64,000 nt of DNA. Origin: Azolla caroliniana. Lineage: Eukaryota; Plantae; Polypodiophyta. The translations under genes and the position numbers were made by a program. Positions 1 to 13,772 of the stretch are shown here, in pieces. Where the stretch lies: the NCBI GenBank assembly GCA_043228905.1, contig JBHGNT010000006.1, positions 11,036,001-11,100,000 on the forward strand, in the 5' to 3' direction. Each line of letters begins with the position of its first letter. Positions within the stretch are counted from its first letter, which is position 1. The notes under the pieces are model-generated. The model did not search any database and was not told the origin of the DNA. It saw only the letters and a list, made by a program, of their open reading frames with translations.

Positions 1-2937
1 GGATACGAATTCTTGATCGTCACTTTATTCAAGGGTCGGTAATTAATACACATACGCCATGTGCCCTCTTTCTTTTTAACCAAGAGAACTGGTGCACCCC
101 ATGGAGATTTACTATAACGTATATAACCCATTCGTAAATAGTCCTTGAGTTGCTTAGATACCTCATCCTCTTCGGATCGACTTAAGTGATAAGGAGGTAT
201 ACTTATTGGTGCAACTCCAGGTACAATATCTATACGATGGTCTATATTACGTTTAGGAGGTAACCCATCTGGTAGTTCACTCGGAAAAACATCACGAAAA
301 TCATTTAAGATTTCATCAAGTTGTTGTTGTTCAAAATATGTTAATTGAACCAAGACATTATCGATATTGTAAACGTGAATGTCCGGATCAAGTACACAAT
401 AAAATAGACTAGAACAAGACAACTCGGATATTGATGGAGAGGAAACAATTGAGAGGGATTGTTTTTTTACACATTGAATAAAATGAGGACAATTGTTCAG
501 TACAAATGTAATTGAATGATGAACCCAATCAATAGATAAAGAAGAGTTTTTATTATAAAACCAGGGATAACCCAGTATTACATCGGTGGTACAAAGATTC
601 ATTACATGGCAGTCTACTTCCTCTATATAAGTGTCAATAGAAATTCCTAATGAATGAATCGCCCCGTTGATGTATTGTACTCTTCCATAAGCCAAGTGCA
701 CCGTATAGGTGTGATCACTTACGGTGGGTTGGATTCCCTATATCTAAACCAAACGATCATTCACAAAGTTGTGTGAGTTTCTCGAATCAAACAAAAATTG
801 TACGGGTGATCCATTGATATACTTGTTTGCACGTAGTAAATCATTGGGACCCAATACATAGTGAGGGAAAGAACATTGACAATTACTTAAATGATGTGTA
901 TATACCTAAAGGACATTAGGAATCTGACCTTTATGGTTTGCAGCTTTAGCTTTACTGTCATGCTCTTTCCGTTGGAGGTTTCGACATTGCTCTTTTGTAT
1001 GACCCATCTTTTTGTAGAATACACAAAAAGGATTTTGGATCCTTATCGTGCACTATCCAGTGATAGTCCGAATTGGGTATGCCATTGACAAAACAAGAAT
1101 TAACCAATTGTCCCCTTCTAGACCCGATTTTTGGATTTGGGTTCTAGCATGGTGGACATAGTCTTCTAGCAAAGAAAATTTCTTGCTAGAGACGTTCATT
1201 AAAGCTTGAGCTGCCTCAGTTCGAGAGGGAGGTTGCAGAAATTGGCCCTTAAAAATTGTGACAAAATCTGTCCAAGTATCAGGCAATTTCCCCAAAGATC
1301 GGAGCCCACACCACTAGGCGGCAACCTTACCCCCTAGTTCTCGGTTGACATATGCAATCTTCGTACTATCTGGCATGGGATGGAGCTCAAAATGAGACTC
1401 CTATTGGCCCAGCCACATGCAGATTGCTTCTTCGGTTCTTTCCTTTTTTTCTTCCCGTAAATGGCTTAACGACAAACGATGGGTCACCCTGTCGCTCATC
1501 AAGTCTATTAGTCTCACGTTGTAAACTAATGACACGTGCCTCGAGAGCACTTTGAGATTGCCAAAGTTCGGTCATCTGTTGAGCGGTGAAACTAAGGTAT
1601 TGGGTTATTTGCGAAAAATACATCTCAATGGACATTTGTCTAGGAGGATTTTCTTGAGTTCCTTCCGCTTGAGTGGATGACATAGGGTCGTTATTTTGAG
1701 CCATTGAATGGTTATTTCTGGCAAAAAAATAGGATAAGGTCAGACAAATAGTCATAACATCATGTCGTGATGTAAAGATATCATGGGCAAACATTAATCA
1801 ATATCATTATCTCACGTCAATACCCCTCTAGAAGTATGAGATGAGGTTCAAGATCAGGTTACTATGGTAACACAAAGGTGTTTTAAAAACCATGGGGGTG
1901 ACAAATAAATGTCTTTCCCTGATCTCTATATCGATTTTTTCATGGCGGCTCCCTGAGGCTCAACCATGTATGTCCACGTCATGAGTAGTTTATACACGAA
2001 AAAAATGTTAACAATAAACTATGTTTCTGTGCCCACATATGTGCTTTCGGCTCTTTAAGTCCTATTATGAGGACCCCGAAGTGAACTTAGACCTCAAGTC
2101 TAAACATGTGTCATAGGTATCAACAATGTTGTATGGTCTTGGTTATATTTGAACTCGAGACCTCGAGAATAAATGCATTAAACACTTGAGCTAACCAAGT
2201 AGGTTGCTCTTCTTGAATGTTTAATGTTTCATGCGTATAAGAGATATGAGGCATTTGCCCATATATGTTTTTTTAAAAGAAACATATATGTCAAGAGTCC
2301 TTATTTCCCCCTTGTTTACTACAAAATATGTTCGTACGTTACCTAACCTCAAGTCTCGTAATTACGATGGCATACGCCAAAGTGCAACCTAATGGTCAAG
2401 CCAAATGAGCCCTCTTTTCGTAGTAAGCCCACGTGGCCCATCAAATGGTTATGTCATTACGAATGCCTCTCGTAAGAATGATCTCATGGTGGCATCATAT
2501 CCATGTAGCGAGGGAGGGATGTTGGATATGTGTGTCATAGGTGCGACCTCACATGAAGTGGGTCGAGCCCTACGTTCTCAACATCATTGTGGCTATAGGC
2601 ATTTCTTTACGTAATAAAATTGAAGTCACCAACGGGGATGTCAACAATAAAAAATTGTTGAAAAAAGGGATGGTGACAACGCCATTCTCACAAAAATGTG
2701 AGGACGGCCACCAAAATCCTTTTCCTGAAAATGACAAAATTCGATAGAAATCACATAATATCAAATATACACGTATGTTTACTTATCACATATATACGAT
2801 CAAATACGTATACACGTGACCACATATGCGTACATTAAACAAATCGTTACATCAAATAGCCATAAATGATATAATCGAGATACGTAATCAAGGCATATAC
2901 CTCTACGCCCACGAAACATCCAAAAATAAGGGTTCAT

Positions 2938-3145
2938 CGTAATACGCAATTGAGGTATTGACCTCTTACGCATACGAGACCAAACACATGACATTTACAA
3001 CGAAATCGAGGTATTGAACTCATACGCATACGTAACATATGTACGTGAACGTAATACGCAATTGAGGTGTTAACCTCGTACGCATACGACACTAATCACA
3101 TATTATTTATTTGTCAAATGAGGTATTGACCTCCTGCACATATGT
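2938..3145. repeat. About four ~55-60-bp tandem units with an internal inverted repeat, in the leader of H
   Basis: AATACGCAATTGAGGTATTGACCTCTTACGCATACG-like units near 2941, 3000, 3052 and 3115. Confidence 0.75.
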
Positions 3146-3378
3146 AAACGTTTCATACAACCAATTAATTACCACTACAACATCATTAAATTAATGAAAA
3201 CAATTACATATAGACTATACACATGATTAGATGGGAGAATAAAGAAAAGGAAAAAGAAGAAGGAAAGAGTTACCGAAGTTCCTTTGTTGATCGTTGTCTG
3301 GATCAAGGTTGACCGCACATTGATCGATCACCATCAATCAACAAAACAAAAGACAACAAAAGAAACATTAGAGCATAG

Positions 3379-3390
3379 GCTCTGATACAA
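3379..3390 (-). promoter_or_regulatory. Primer-binding site (tRNA-iMet type, one mismatch) of element H
   Basis: GCTCTGATACAA on +, against the canonical GCTCTGATACCA, 2 nt from the LTR end. Confidence 0.75.
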
Positions 3391-3392
3391 AC

Positions 3393-3847
3393 TATTAGAG
3401 ACATGAACTAATGTAAGCATAAAATAAGGATAAAAGATAGATCTAGATAGAAAGGAGAGAGAGAAAGGAGGGTGTCGATCCACCTGACCACCCCCGAGCG
3501 AAGGGATCGAGACGAACTCGAGCCTCGATTGGTGTCCCATACCACCGCTATGGCGTCGAGTCATACCTGGTGCTTGCGCGCTCGCTACGAGAGTTGACCC
3601 ACCACAAGAAAGAGTCTCGACGTAGTCAACAAGATGATCAAATGAGGGTAGCTAGGCCTCTTATTTATAGCGATACCCAAGGCCCCCATGCAAGTTCCCA
3701 CTTGGCCTAATGGGTTGTCTCAATCCTGAGGATTAAAAGTAATCCTCTCCTTCTTTACACTCTCGTTTAACCCTCACACTTATCCGCGTGTGTAGAATAC
3801 TACGGTAAATTCTCACCACCGGATATTATATGGTCATGCCTGTAACA
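3393..3847 (-). repeat. 5' LTR of element H (455 bp)
   Basis: Begins TGTTACA on the minus strand at 3847 and ends ...TCTCTAATA. It is followed by a near-perfect tRNA-iMet PBS. Related sequence occurs at 21520-21759 and 58783-58932. Confidence 0.8.
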
Positions 3848-5560
3848 GTTTATCATTGCAAGCCAGTCTGGAGTCGGGACGTAGCTTGAGGTTCCAGTCT
3901 AGTGGTGTCAAGATTGGTCACCATTCGTTCATGCCAAATTTGTACAACATATTCAACACATAGTGTCGTTGTGACAACAATATGCCGACGGGGATGTGGA
4001 TCACTTCGATCCCGAGGAAGTAATGAAGGTCCCCCAGGTCCTTCATTTCGAATGCTTCCGACAATTGGGACTTCACTCTATTGATTTCATGAAGGTCGGA
4101 TACGGTGATGACCAAGTTGTCGACATATAGTAGAATACATATTGGACCCTTTCGGATGAACAATGATGAGTTGGATTTGGAGGCAACAAACCCCATCTTA
4201 CGCAACCGGTGCGTTATCTTCAAATTCCAAGCTCGGGGGGCTTGCTTCAGGCCATAGAGCGACTTCTTGAGTCAGCACACTACCGACTTGTTCACCTCCG
4301 ACTGAAATCCGGGGGGTTGGAACATATAGACTTGTTCTTCAAGATCACCTTGAAGAAACACATTCTTCACATCCATTTGGTGAAGATGTCACCCCCTTGC
4401 CGCAGCAACTGCGAGCACCACATGAACCATCGTGATCTTTGCTACCAGTGCGAAGGTCTCGTCGTATTCGATTCTGTGGGTCTACCAGGTCCCATGTGTT
4501 GTTGGCATCGAGTGCCCGCATTTCTTCTTCCATCACGGCACGCCAGTTCGTGGCTTTCGCCGCTTTTGTGTAGCTCTCCGGCGCACACACTTCTGCCACT
4601 TTCATCATGTACGCATAGTGATGCACCATGTATTCATTATACCCATACCGTTTCACAAGATTCTTTTGGTGGGTCGATAGGTGTAACTTCTCGTTAGCCG
4701 ATTTAAGGGATGACTCAGACTTCATCTTCGAAGGTCCTTCTTCATATCGGACTCCTCCAACCGGTGTCGTATTCTGGCATCTTCTTCTTCCCCTTCTCTT
4801 TGTGCATGAACCGTCTCCTCGGTCCTTGTGTGGGGACATCACGGTCGAGTCTCCATTATTCATCGGTTCATCATCCGACTGGTCGTTCCAACTCAGTCCC
4901 TCATTCGGCTCGCTCAGCTGAAATGAGATTGGACGCTCGTCTAGAGTACCAAACACTTCTTCCTCTTCTTTTGCCCAGATCATGTTGAGCTCACTGATCT
5001 CATCCTCAGTGTTTGGGTGGTTGGAGTTGTCGGCGGTAGGAGTCGGTAAAGAGTACCATGATGTCAACTCATCAAATTCGACATCTCGGCTCACTCGAAC
5101 TTATTTGGTCCGAGGGTTATAGCACTTATACTCTTTCTGGTCATGAGAGTAGCCGACCAATATGCACTTCTCCGACATCGGGTCCAACTTTCTCCTCTTC
5201 TCATCGGGCAAATGCACATAGGCAATGCTGCCAAATATCCTCAGGTGTCGTAAGTTCGGCTTCCGTCCGAAATACAACTCATGTGCCGACACCTTATCCC
5301 TGATCCGATTTTGGATGTACACGGCCGTCCGGACCACTTCGACCCAACAAAAATTGGGCATGCTCTTCTCCTCCAACATCGTCCTTGTAGCCTCCACAAC
5401 TGACCGGCTCTTCATCTCGGCAACTCCATTTTGTTACGACGTATATCTGCAACTGAATTCTCGCCGAATTCCCTTTTGTTGCAAATAGCTGCTGAATTGG
5501 CTAGAAAAGTACTATTTTCCGCCATCCGACTGCAAGCACTTAATCTTCCTCTCAAACATG
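3848..5560 (-). mobile_element. Decayed Ty1/copia pol fragment (integrase to RT), related to element B
   Basis: ORFs 5101-5415 (RKPNLRHLRIFGSIAYVH, KCILVGYS), 4345-5094 (APESY..WRAVMEEEMRAL) and 3918-4223 (LLYVDNL, FEMKDLGDLHYFLGIEV); multiple frameshifts. Confidence 0.9.
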
Positions 5561-6551
5561 TGTTTTTATATATTTTGTGTGTATTATGTGTATGCTTTCA
5601 TGTTTGTATGCTTAGGTTGGTGTTGGAGTGAGGGAGGGGTATTAGGTAAAAGAGAAATTGTAAAGGGGGGAGGACTTAATTGATGACGTGGCAAGGTAAC
5701 GTAGCTCACTGACGTAACTTGTAGATTGACGATAAATGACAATGATGAGCAACAATGGGCACTGACAACATTAGTGAGTATGGCGGCAATAGTGAAGTCA
5801 TCATCCCCCATGCACCCTAAGCTTGAAGACTTTATTAATGTATATTTTCACTTATTTCTGTTTTGGTCATTAACCCATGATTTCGGGTAGTGGTATTCAT
5901 GCGATTTCAGATGTAGTTGGGATGATGAGTGAAGATGAAGGGAAGGATGATGGTAGATAACAACAGGATGACTCCACCACCATACCATGCATTCTTGAAG
6001 ACTTTGGCATCATCGCAAGTGGTTTTCAAGAGAAGATTACAATCTCAACCACCCATGAAGAGTTTAGTACGGATCACTAGGATGATGAAGTTGCACTAGG
6101 TAGTACACAATGTCCTCATTCTAGGATCAACAAGGGTTTAAACCCAAACCTAAATGTTACAAAGAATTTGCATATGACAGGATAAACAAACAATTAAATA
6201 GATGTGAGCTTTTTTATGGGTGTGACTCTTTTAATCATTGTGATATGATTCAATGGAAGACTATTCCAAAATTCAATAGTCTTTTAATCGGTGTGATATG
6301 ACTCAATGGAAGACTACCAACACAACCACCCATGACGTTTGGGGCACCATATCGAGTGCAAATAAATAGAAGACCACTCAAGTAATAGAAAAAGAGAAAG
6401 GCCACCCTATGCTTCAATCCAAAGAGAAGGGCCACCATATGATGTTACCATGCATAACTCTGATGATGAAATTCCACTTAGCATTGTGGTTTTAGGACAA
6501 TGAAGGGTGTAGGATGGAACTTAATTGTTTCAAAGAATTTGCGTAAACACA

Positions 6552-6802
6552 GGATTGTCCTAATACTATCATTATGGCCATTGTCCCTAAATAATCAATA
6601 CATTGAACATTGCTTGTAACCATTGGCAATTTCCCTCTCTTCAATCATGAGCAATTGCATTGAAGCTCCTAAAAGAAGTAAACGTGGGATTGTCCTAATA
6701 CTATAATTATGGGCCATGGCCATTGTCCCTAGGTAATCAATACATTGAGCATTGCTTGTAACCATTGGCAATTTGCTTCTCGTCAATCATGATCAATTGC
6801 AT
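6552..6802. repeat. Local tandem duplication, period ~135 bp
   Basis: GGATTGTCCTAATACTAT...CAATCATGA.CAATTGCAT starts at both 6552 and 6687. Confidence 0.8.
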
Positions 6803-8462
6803 GAAGTTCAAAGCAATGTAGATTGTTTTATAATACATCTCCATATGACACAATAATTAATCTCTTGTGGTACTTATGGTCAAAGTTTCTATATGGAAAT
6901 GATTAAATATATTGCATCCACTTACACAACTAATGATATTTTAGAATAACTTGAGATTGACTATTCCCAACAATCCTTTATTGTTTGCTTTCAAACGAGT
7001 AAGAGGCTTCCAAGCTCTTTATAACAAACCCTTAAAATAATGTAATGGGTATAAATCAAGATTACTTATACAATTCAACTAAGTTTGTTGTAACCAACCT
7101 ACATAGATGAGGTAATCATTTTTTTTGGAAATTATGGAATAAAGATATCTCACAAATATTTCTAAGGAAGAAACGACATGTGGATATACAAGGCTATATC
7201 ATTAACAACTTACGTATATGTCACTCAAACGTTTATAGAAGAGCTCATTTTTTCTGAACACAATAGTTTCAGAGATTCTTAATGATAGTGCTTTGAAGTT
7301 TGGCCCACATAGTTTCCTTGTTTGAATCAAATTCACATAATGACATCCCTACATTAATTACATTGAAAGCTTGAGTGTTCATTTAGTTTCCATGAGCAGA
7401 AAATTTGGTAGTACTAGATTAACATAAATTAATGGAGCTTGAATCAAAGTTTCCATAAAAGGTTATCTTAAGCAAGAACACATTCACATAAAATAAGCAT
7501 TTCTATTATCATGTAATATCGGAGCTTTGATTAATTGAGTAAAGCCAAATAAGAGCATAGCCATACGTCAAAGGTAATCCATGCACCGATGCTCGTTATT
7601 TTCGAACTCAAGCCATATTTAGTGACAAGTTACAACATATTTTATGTCCTCACAAAACAATTCTAGATGGTGATATCTAACAGAATTCTAGAAATGTTTC
7701 CTACAAAACTCATGGGTTACAATTTTTTTCGTTTTTACGAAATGTAGCTATCTTTATTTGAAATGATGTGTGCATATGTATCCAAGTAACGTCTACGAGT
7801 ACTTTCACATAGACGTGAAGGGAAATGAGAAAATAAAATACTAGAGCAATCAATGTGTCTACATTCTATTGGGGGTTTCATGACTATGAAAGAGAGAAGA
7901 ATAACATTAGCTTCACTTTTTCCTCTTACTACAAAGGGGAATTATTAGCTTGTTAATTAAGCATCATTTGATCATTATTTTATTAATTATAGTTAATAAT
8001 CTTACTTTTTAGAGTATATAGATATAATGCATGGAAAGACAATCAACAACTTACACTATTTATATAACATGTACAAAGTGAATACTTATGTGCTCATGTA
8101 CAAAGAGCACACACTTCATTTTCACCCCGTGTCTGTATCCTCCACACAAATTCCGCATGACTTGCTGTCATAAAAAAAGTAATCCGAGTCCCACATTGGA
8201 ACCTCATCATTGACTCATTTTTCAACCTCACCAAAGAGTGTCTTTTGATCTCATTGTGTCACACATTAAATACATTCCAAAGCACCATATCTATGAAGGC
8301 ATCTTATGGGTTACATGCATTTCTTGCCCAAACTCGTTAATAATCATAAGGTATCCATAGTTCCACGCTTTTTTAAAATTCCTCTATTGGAAGAAATGAG
8401 AAATTCTATCCCAATCATGTTCTTGTTTCATTGTTCCAGATCCCTCTAATTATAGCTTGGAA

Positions 8463-10825
8463 ATGATTAACTCTATCTTGCTTCCTTGTCCCCAAAATGA
8501 AAACACTTTTTTAATAGCATTCCTCTTCATCATCTTCTTCACTTTCACTGCCACAAACAAAGCAATCAAAGATATAGGCGTGACATCCCATTCCTTTCCT
8601 TCGACATGTAGGACCTCATGTGGTCACCATGAGATCAAGTTCCCCATAGGCATCGATCCCGGATGTGGAACACCTCAACTCTCCATGTCTTGTACGAATT
8701 CAAGCACCTTGCAAATGCCATTAAACTCAAAGCTATTTTTAGTAGACAACATCGACTACACCACAAAAAGTATCATCTTGGAAGACCCTCTCATGTCCAA
8801 TTGTGCCTATCTCTACTCCTTCAATGTCGGCCTTGACATTGACCTGACAAACACTGGCCTCACATTTGGCCGATCAAATACCATCCTCCTCCTCAATTGC
8901 TTATCGTTGACTCAACAAATGAATTTCTTGAATAGCCAATATGATTGCCATAGTGCCACATGTTGGACATTCATGTCTGCATGTCACGTCCAAGAATTGC
9001 CCGCAAGTTGTTGTCGGGTCATGGATCCACGAAATGGGATTGACCTCTACCCCTTGCAATGTATGTCCTACACTAGCATTTATAGTCCACAATCACCCAT
9101 TCTGAACCCTTCTGGCTGGTCTTATGGAATTGAGATGCAATGGACTCTCCCCTCGGAAATCGTTGACAAATGCAATAAATGTCAAGAGAGAAAGGGTGTT
9201 TGCGGCTACGAGATTGTTGTAGAACAAGTGAAGTTTCGATGCCGATGCAATTCAGCTCTCGGATGCAAAGGCATGTGAAAAGGAGATTTGGGGTTTAAAT
9301 TTAGGGTTTTAAAGCTCATGTTTTGCTTTGCATGGTGTAGGTTGCTTGTCAGATTCATGTGAACGAAGGCGGAAAAATCTTATTATTGGTAAGTTTGTTG
9401 TGAGAAAAAAGTAAACTCCTAGAGCAACGGATTGCCTTCCATCTCTAGTAGCATAAAAACATATTTCCCATTCCTAGTAGCATAAAAACATTAAATTGCC
9501 ACAAAAAATTCTTTCCTAACACAAACCATTCCATTGGTTACATTTTTGCTCTCCTAGAACTAGCTAAGATTACCTATCATATTTCTTGCTTTCTCTTGCA
9601 AAGCATTCTATCTTGTATGCCTAAGTTGTAGCCGCCTGAATCATTACACCTTACATTTGTAGCACAAGGATTACATTTAAAGTTCATACTCATGTCATGT
9701 TGTGTTTGTGTACACACAGGAGGCACAACAGCTGGGGCATTCGTACTAATAGCAGGCGCGGTATGTCTATTTCTTCGTCCATGGAGGCAGCGCTTCAAGA
9801 AGATCCGATCCGAGTCCACTGGAGATAGCGAAGACTACTTTCGCGCGGACAAACATAAGGGCATGGAGCTTGTCCATGTTATGGCGACCATGACAGGACC
9901 CCTCCCCCTAAGGCTTTTCCCCTATAAAGAGCTTCTTCATGCCACATGCTCCTTTTCCGATACCCACCTCCTTGGGGACGGTGGTTACGGTATGGTCTAT
10001 AAAGCCAACCTTTTGGACGGTCGGGTCTTCGCAGTGAAGCGATTGAACCATCTCCACCATCGCAGGCTGGAGCATTTCTACAACGAAGTGAGGATCTTGT
10101 CGCAAGTGAAGCACCCAAACCTCATCCGACTCGAGGGTTTCTGCCTCGAAGGCCGAGACCTTCTTCTAGTGTACGAATACATATGCAATGGCACATTGGA
10201 GGATCACATCCATGTGGGAGGAAGTGGGGGTCATCATTCGAGCGAATTCGAGAAGCTCGGGTGGGAGACAAGGTTAAATATAGCATGCGAGGTAGCCGAA
10301 GCTTTGGCTTACTTGCATTCCACGGTGTCACCGCCGATATACCACCGGGATGTGAAGACAAGCAACATTTTGCTCGATGGCCAGCTGAAGGCCAAGGTAG
10401 CCGATTTCGGGTTGTCTAGGTTAGTACCAATGGAAGCAACCCATGTGTCCACTGGTCCTCAAGGGACCCCAGGCTATGTAGATCCAGAGTACCACGAATG
10501 CTATCAAGTGACGGACAAGAGCGATGTGTTCAGCTTTGGGGTGGTTCTGCTAGAGCTCATTTCAAGCAAACGGGCAGTAGATGTATCCCGCCCACATAAC
10601 CAGATCAATCTGTCTTCACTTGCCATGGACAGGATACAGAGGGGAGCCATGGAGGAGCTCCTGGATCCAGGCATCCCCGAGGACTGTGCAAAGAGTGCGT
10701 ATCAAGTGGGCGAACTGGCATTCAGGTGCATCGCACTGCAACGTAGGGCTCGCCCAGACATGAGAGAAGTCTGTGCTCAGCTCAAGGTCATACGTTCGAA
10801 TCTCAGGAACCCACAACAACAATGA
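8463..10825 (+). CDS. LRK10L/WAK-like receptor kinase, join(8463..9270,9341..9388,9720..10825), 653 aa
   Basis: Exon 1 has a hydrophobic N-terminus and a Cys-rich GUB_WAK-like ectodomain (CRTSCG..IKFPIGIDPGCG, C..C...KGVCG). Exon 3 has a TM segment and an RD kinase (GDGGYGMVY, VAVK-like FAVK, HRDVKTSNIL, DFG, GTPGYVDPEY). The phase-1 splices keep the frame; total 1962 nt. Confidence 0.92.
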
Positions 10826-13207
10826 ATGAATGACCTTTTGATTCCTTTCATTGTATGTACTATGTATTTTCTTAGATAGATAACCCACCAAAACATAATA
10901 TATAGAAAAGCCTTCTTTTTCATTGGGATGCCCCTTGGAACTCCAAGACAAGGAGCTCTGTGTTTTTTGTCCCATCGTTCATGATAAGCACCTAATTCTT
11001 TTGTTTGAACGAAAATACATTCCAAGATTCTTAGATGAAGGAATGTTTGCATTGGCAAATTGTAAATTTGTAGCAAACATGAATACACACAAGCCCGATG
11101 TTGCGAAAAATAATGCACAATGAAGGTATGAATGGTATAGAAATACAAACTACGTGCACATTCCCAACTTTCTATACCATACACTATACATATATCATAT
11201 GTCTCCATACACAAAGACTACAATTTTCCCTTTGTGAAGTAATATATGATAATTAAGCATCTATCATAGAATACTACTACTAGTAACCCTTTTCCCTACT
11301 ACTAGTCATTATAGGAAGACGGGTATCGATTGGCCAAACTCTTCCCTAAGAAGTATTATCTTCATGTGCTTATACTGTATCCAAATGAACTCCAGTGATC
11401 AACATCTCCCCATCTAACCCACGATAACTAATAGGTCCTACACTTGGGTGTTAGCAGGGTTAAGACTGTGTGTGATCAAGACGACCTTGGTCTATGAGTA
11501 AGGCTATCCATCTCAAATAACATGCATAAATAGAGTTATAAGATAGTGGAAGCTTAGTTAGACTATTTCTTATTGTCTCATCTAGCTAGCTACACATAGC
11601 AAGCCATGATGATAGAGTACAGGGTTTGAGCATTGTTGGTGTAATTTCAATGATAATGAAAGTTCAGATAGTTTGTTTGTGGATGTAAATACAGGCCATA
11701 ACATGTTTAAAAAACCAATCTAAGATAAAAGCATTTGGTTTCTTGTTTTTATTATAATAGTATGCATTCTTGTCGTTCACGACGTTTACTTCAAGGATAT
11801 TGTTTATGCTAAGAAAATATTGATAATTGAACTTATTATTTGTTTGTTTTTTCGATAGATATATTGCTCTCTCATGTTGAGATAGACAATATGATATGCA
11901 TTGTATGGTTACAAAAGCCTCTTACATGACATTGTAGTATCTGTTGGAGTTGGTGGGGCTACACAAAAATGCCAAAGCAATCAATGAGTAAGCACATGCA
12001 CCGATGTTATAGATTATCATGCTTTAACTATAGATTAGTACAGGAAATGCTACATCGGTGGTTTCTAAATAGATTTGGTTTTCAAACAATTCTTCTTGTT
12101 GAGTCTCAAGTATAAAAACAATGGAGTACCAGGATGCTTGGATTGGCTTCCTCCATATGGAGTCGCTCAAGCACTTTGGAGATGTACTCATTTTGAGATT
12201 GATGAATCTTGTAATTCTACCCATCTTATGTGACCTAAATTTCTAGAATATGCTTCATTACTTCCAAATCTTCATGCCAAAAAATTGGCTCATCTTCCCC
12301 TTCAAAGTTTGTGTGTTCCTTTTTATCAAGCACTACACTTGCTTCAGTTAGCATTATAACTTAGAAAGAACTGAGGATTAGCATAGGCCTAAGGTCTAAC
12401 TCAATTTCTTAGAAGACACCAAAAAGCTTAAAAGACTCATAAAAGTGTGTTCCTTTTTATCAAGCACTACAATTGCTTCAGTTTTGACTAAGGTCTAAGA
12501 GCATGAAAATGGTTAACATACTCCTTGGTTTAATGAGTACGTACTCCTAGGTGTAACCATTGACAAGGCTAAATCTCTAAGTTCGTGGTGAGGACGTTTG
12601 CTAGAATGAAGATGGTGGAGGTAGGTTGGGAGGATGATAAAGGGAGGGTTAGCAAGATACAAAGGGTGGTTGCATGATTAAGTGTTGAGGGTGGGTTGCA
12701 ATCATAAGTTTTTTGGAGACATTCGAGTGTGAGAAGAGATAGATGTATGTCTTGGATCACATCAATTCTTTGAAGGAACTCCTATGGTGCACAATAATTT
12801 AAATCGTCGACATGCAAAATGTCTTGCGAACTTCAAATAAGGCATATTCATAGAATGAACCATACGTATCATACGTGCATTCGCATTCCATCAAATGTGT
12901 ATGGTAAATCATCCCAAAGTTGGATTGGATTGACGATGGTCTATATTATATATTGATTCACTCTCAATCCCAATAAGTGGACTCTAATCCATTGTGAACC
13001 ACCAACATAAGTATGGTTGCAATATTTGCATTGTATCACATGCATACTTTTGGGATGCTTCTTAAGAATCAAGACATCTCTATCATCCTCACTTTAGAAC
13101 TTAACAAAAAAATGAGTATGAACTATATTGAATCAAAATATGTCATTATAAATTATAATCAAACGTTCAAAAACTCATAAAATGTATATTCGAGAATATG
13201 AAAAAAA

Positions 13208-13772
13208 CATGACATAGGTTGTAGTAGCATAACAACTTACCACTAGGGTGACCTAATTTCTAATAACAAAGAAAGAAAGAAAGAAAGAAAAAGGAACATG
13301 ACACTAACATAAAATTTTGCCATGACATAGGCAGTAATAGCATAAGAACTTACCACAAGGGTGAGCTAATTTCTAATAACAAAGAAAAAAAGAAAAAGAA
13401 GAAAAAGGAACATGACACTAACATAAAATTTTGCCATGACACTAACAAGAGGATATGAGAAAGTTGGGAATTGAACCCAAGACACAAGTAATAGTAGCAC
13501 AACAAATTACCACTATATTGTACTTAGTTCTAATAATGCATGCCAAGCTTTCGTCAGTCATCGACCAATCAGCTATCGCTGTTTGATGAGGGGATATTCT
13601 AAAAAAAAAAAATTAAAGCAATTTTCTGAACTGGAGGTAAAAAAAACTATTATAAAGTAAAGATAAAATTTTGCTATGACATGGTACTAATGAGAGAGAG
13701 AGAGATGAGAAAACTTGGAATGGAACCCAAGACATAGACAGCAATAGCATGACTCTTTACCACTAGGGTAAT
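13208..13772 (-). repeat. Degenerate tandem units (~115-125 bp) carrying tRNA-like A-box/B-box sequence
   Basis: Repeated CATGACATAGG..AGTAGCATAA..CTTACCAC(T/A)AGGGTGA.CTAATTTCTAATAACAAAG. Two copies are preceded by GAACCCAAGACA. Similar to 58182-58240. Confidence 0.6.

Larger units (their letters stand above)
1..3847 (-). mobile_element. Decayed Ty3/gypsy retrotransposon (element H), 5' part: LTR, PBS, long leader, gag, protease and start of RT; continues off the left edge
   Basis: Minus strand near 1-200 reads [36 protein letters not shown], a gypsy RT start. A gag-like ORF lies at 1053-1295. A Met-type PBS and an LTR lie at 3379-3847. It interrupts a copia RT at 3848. Confidence 0.85.
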
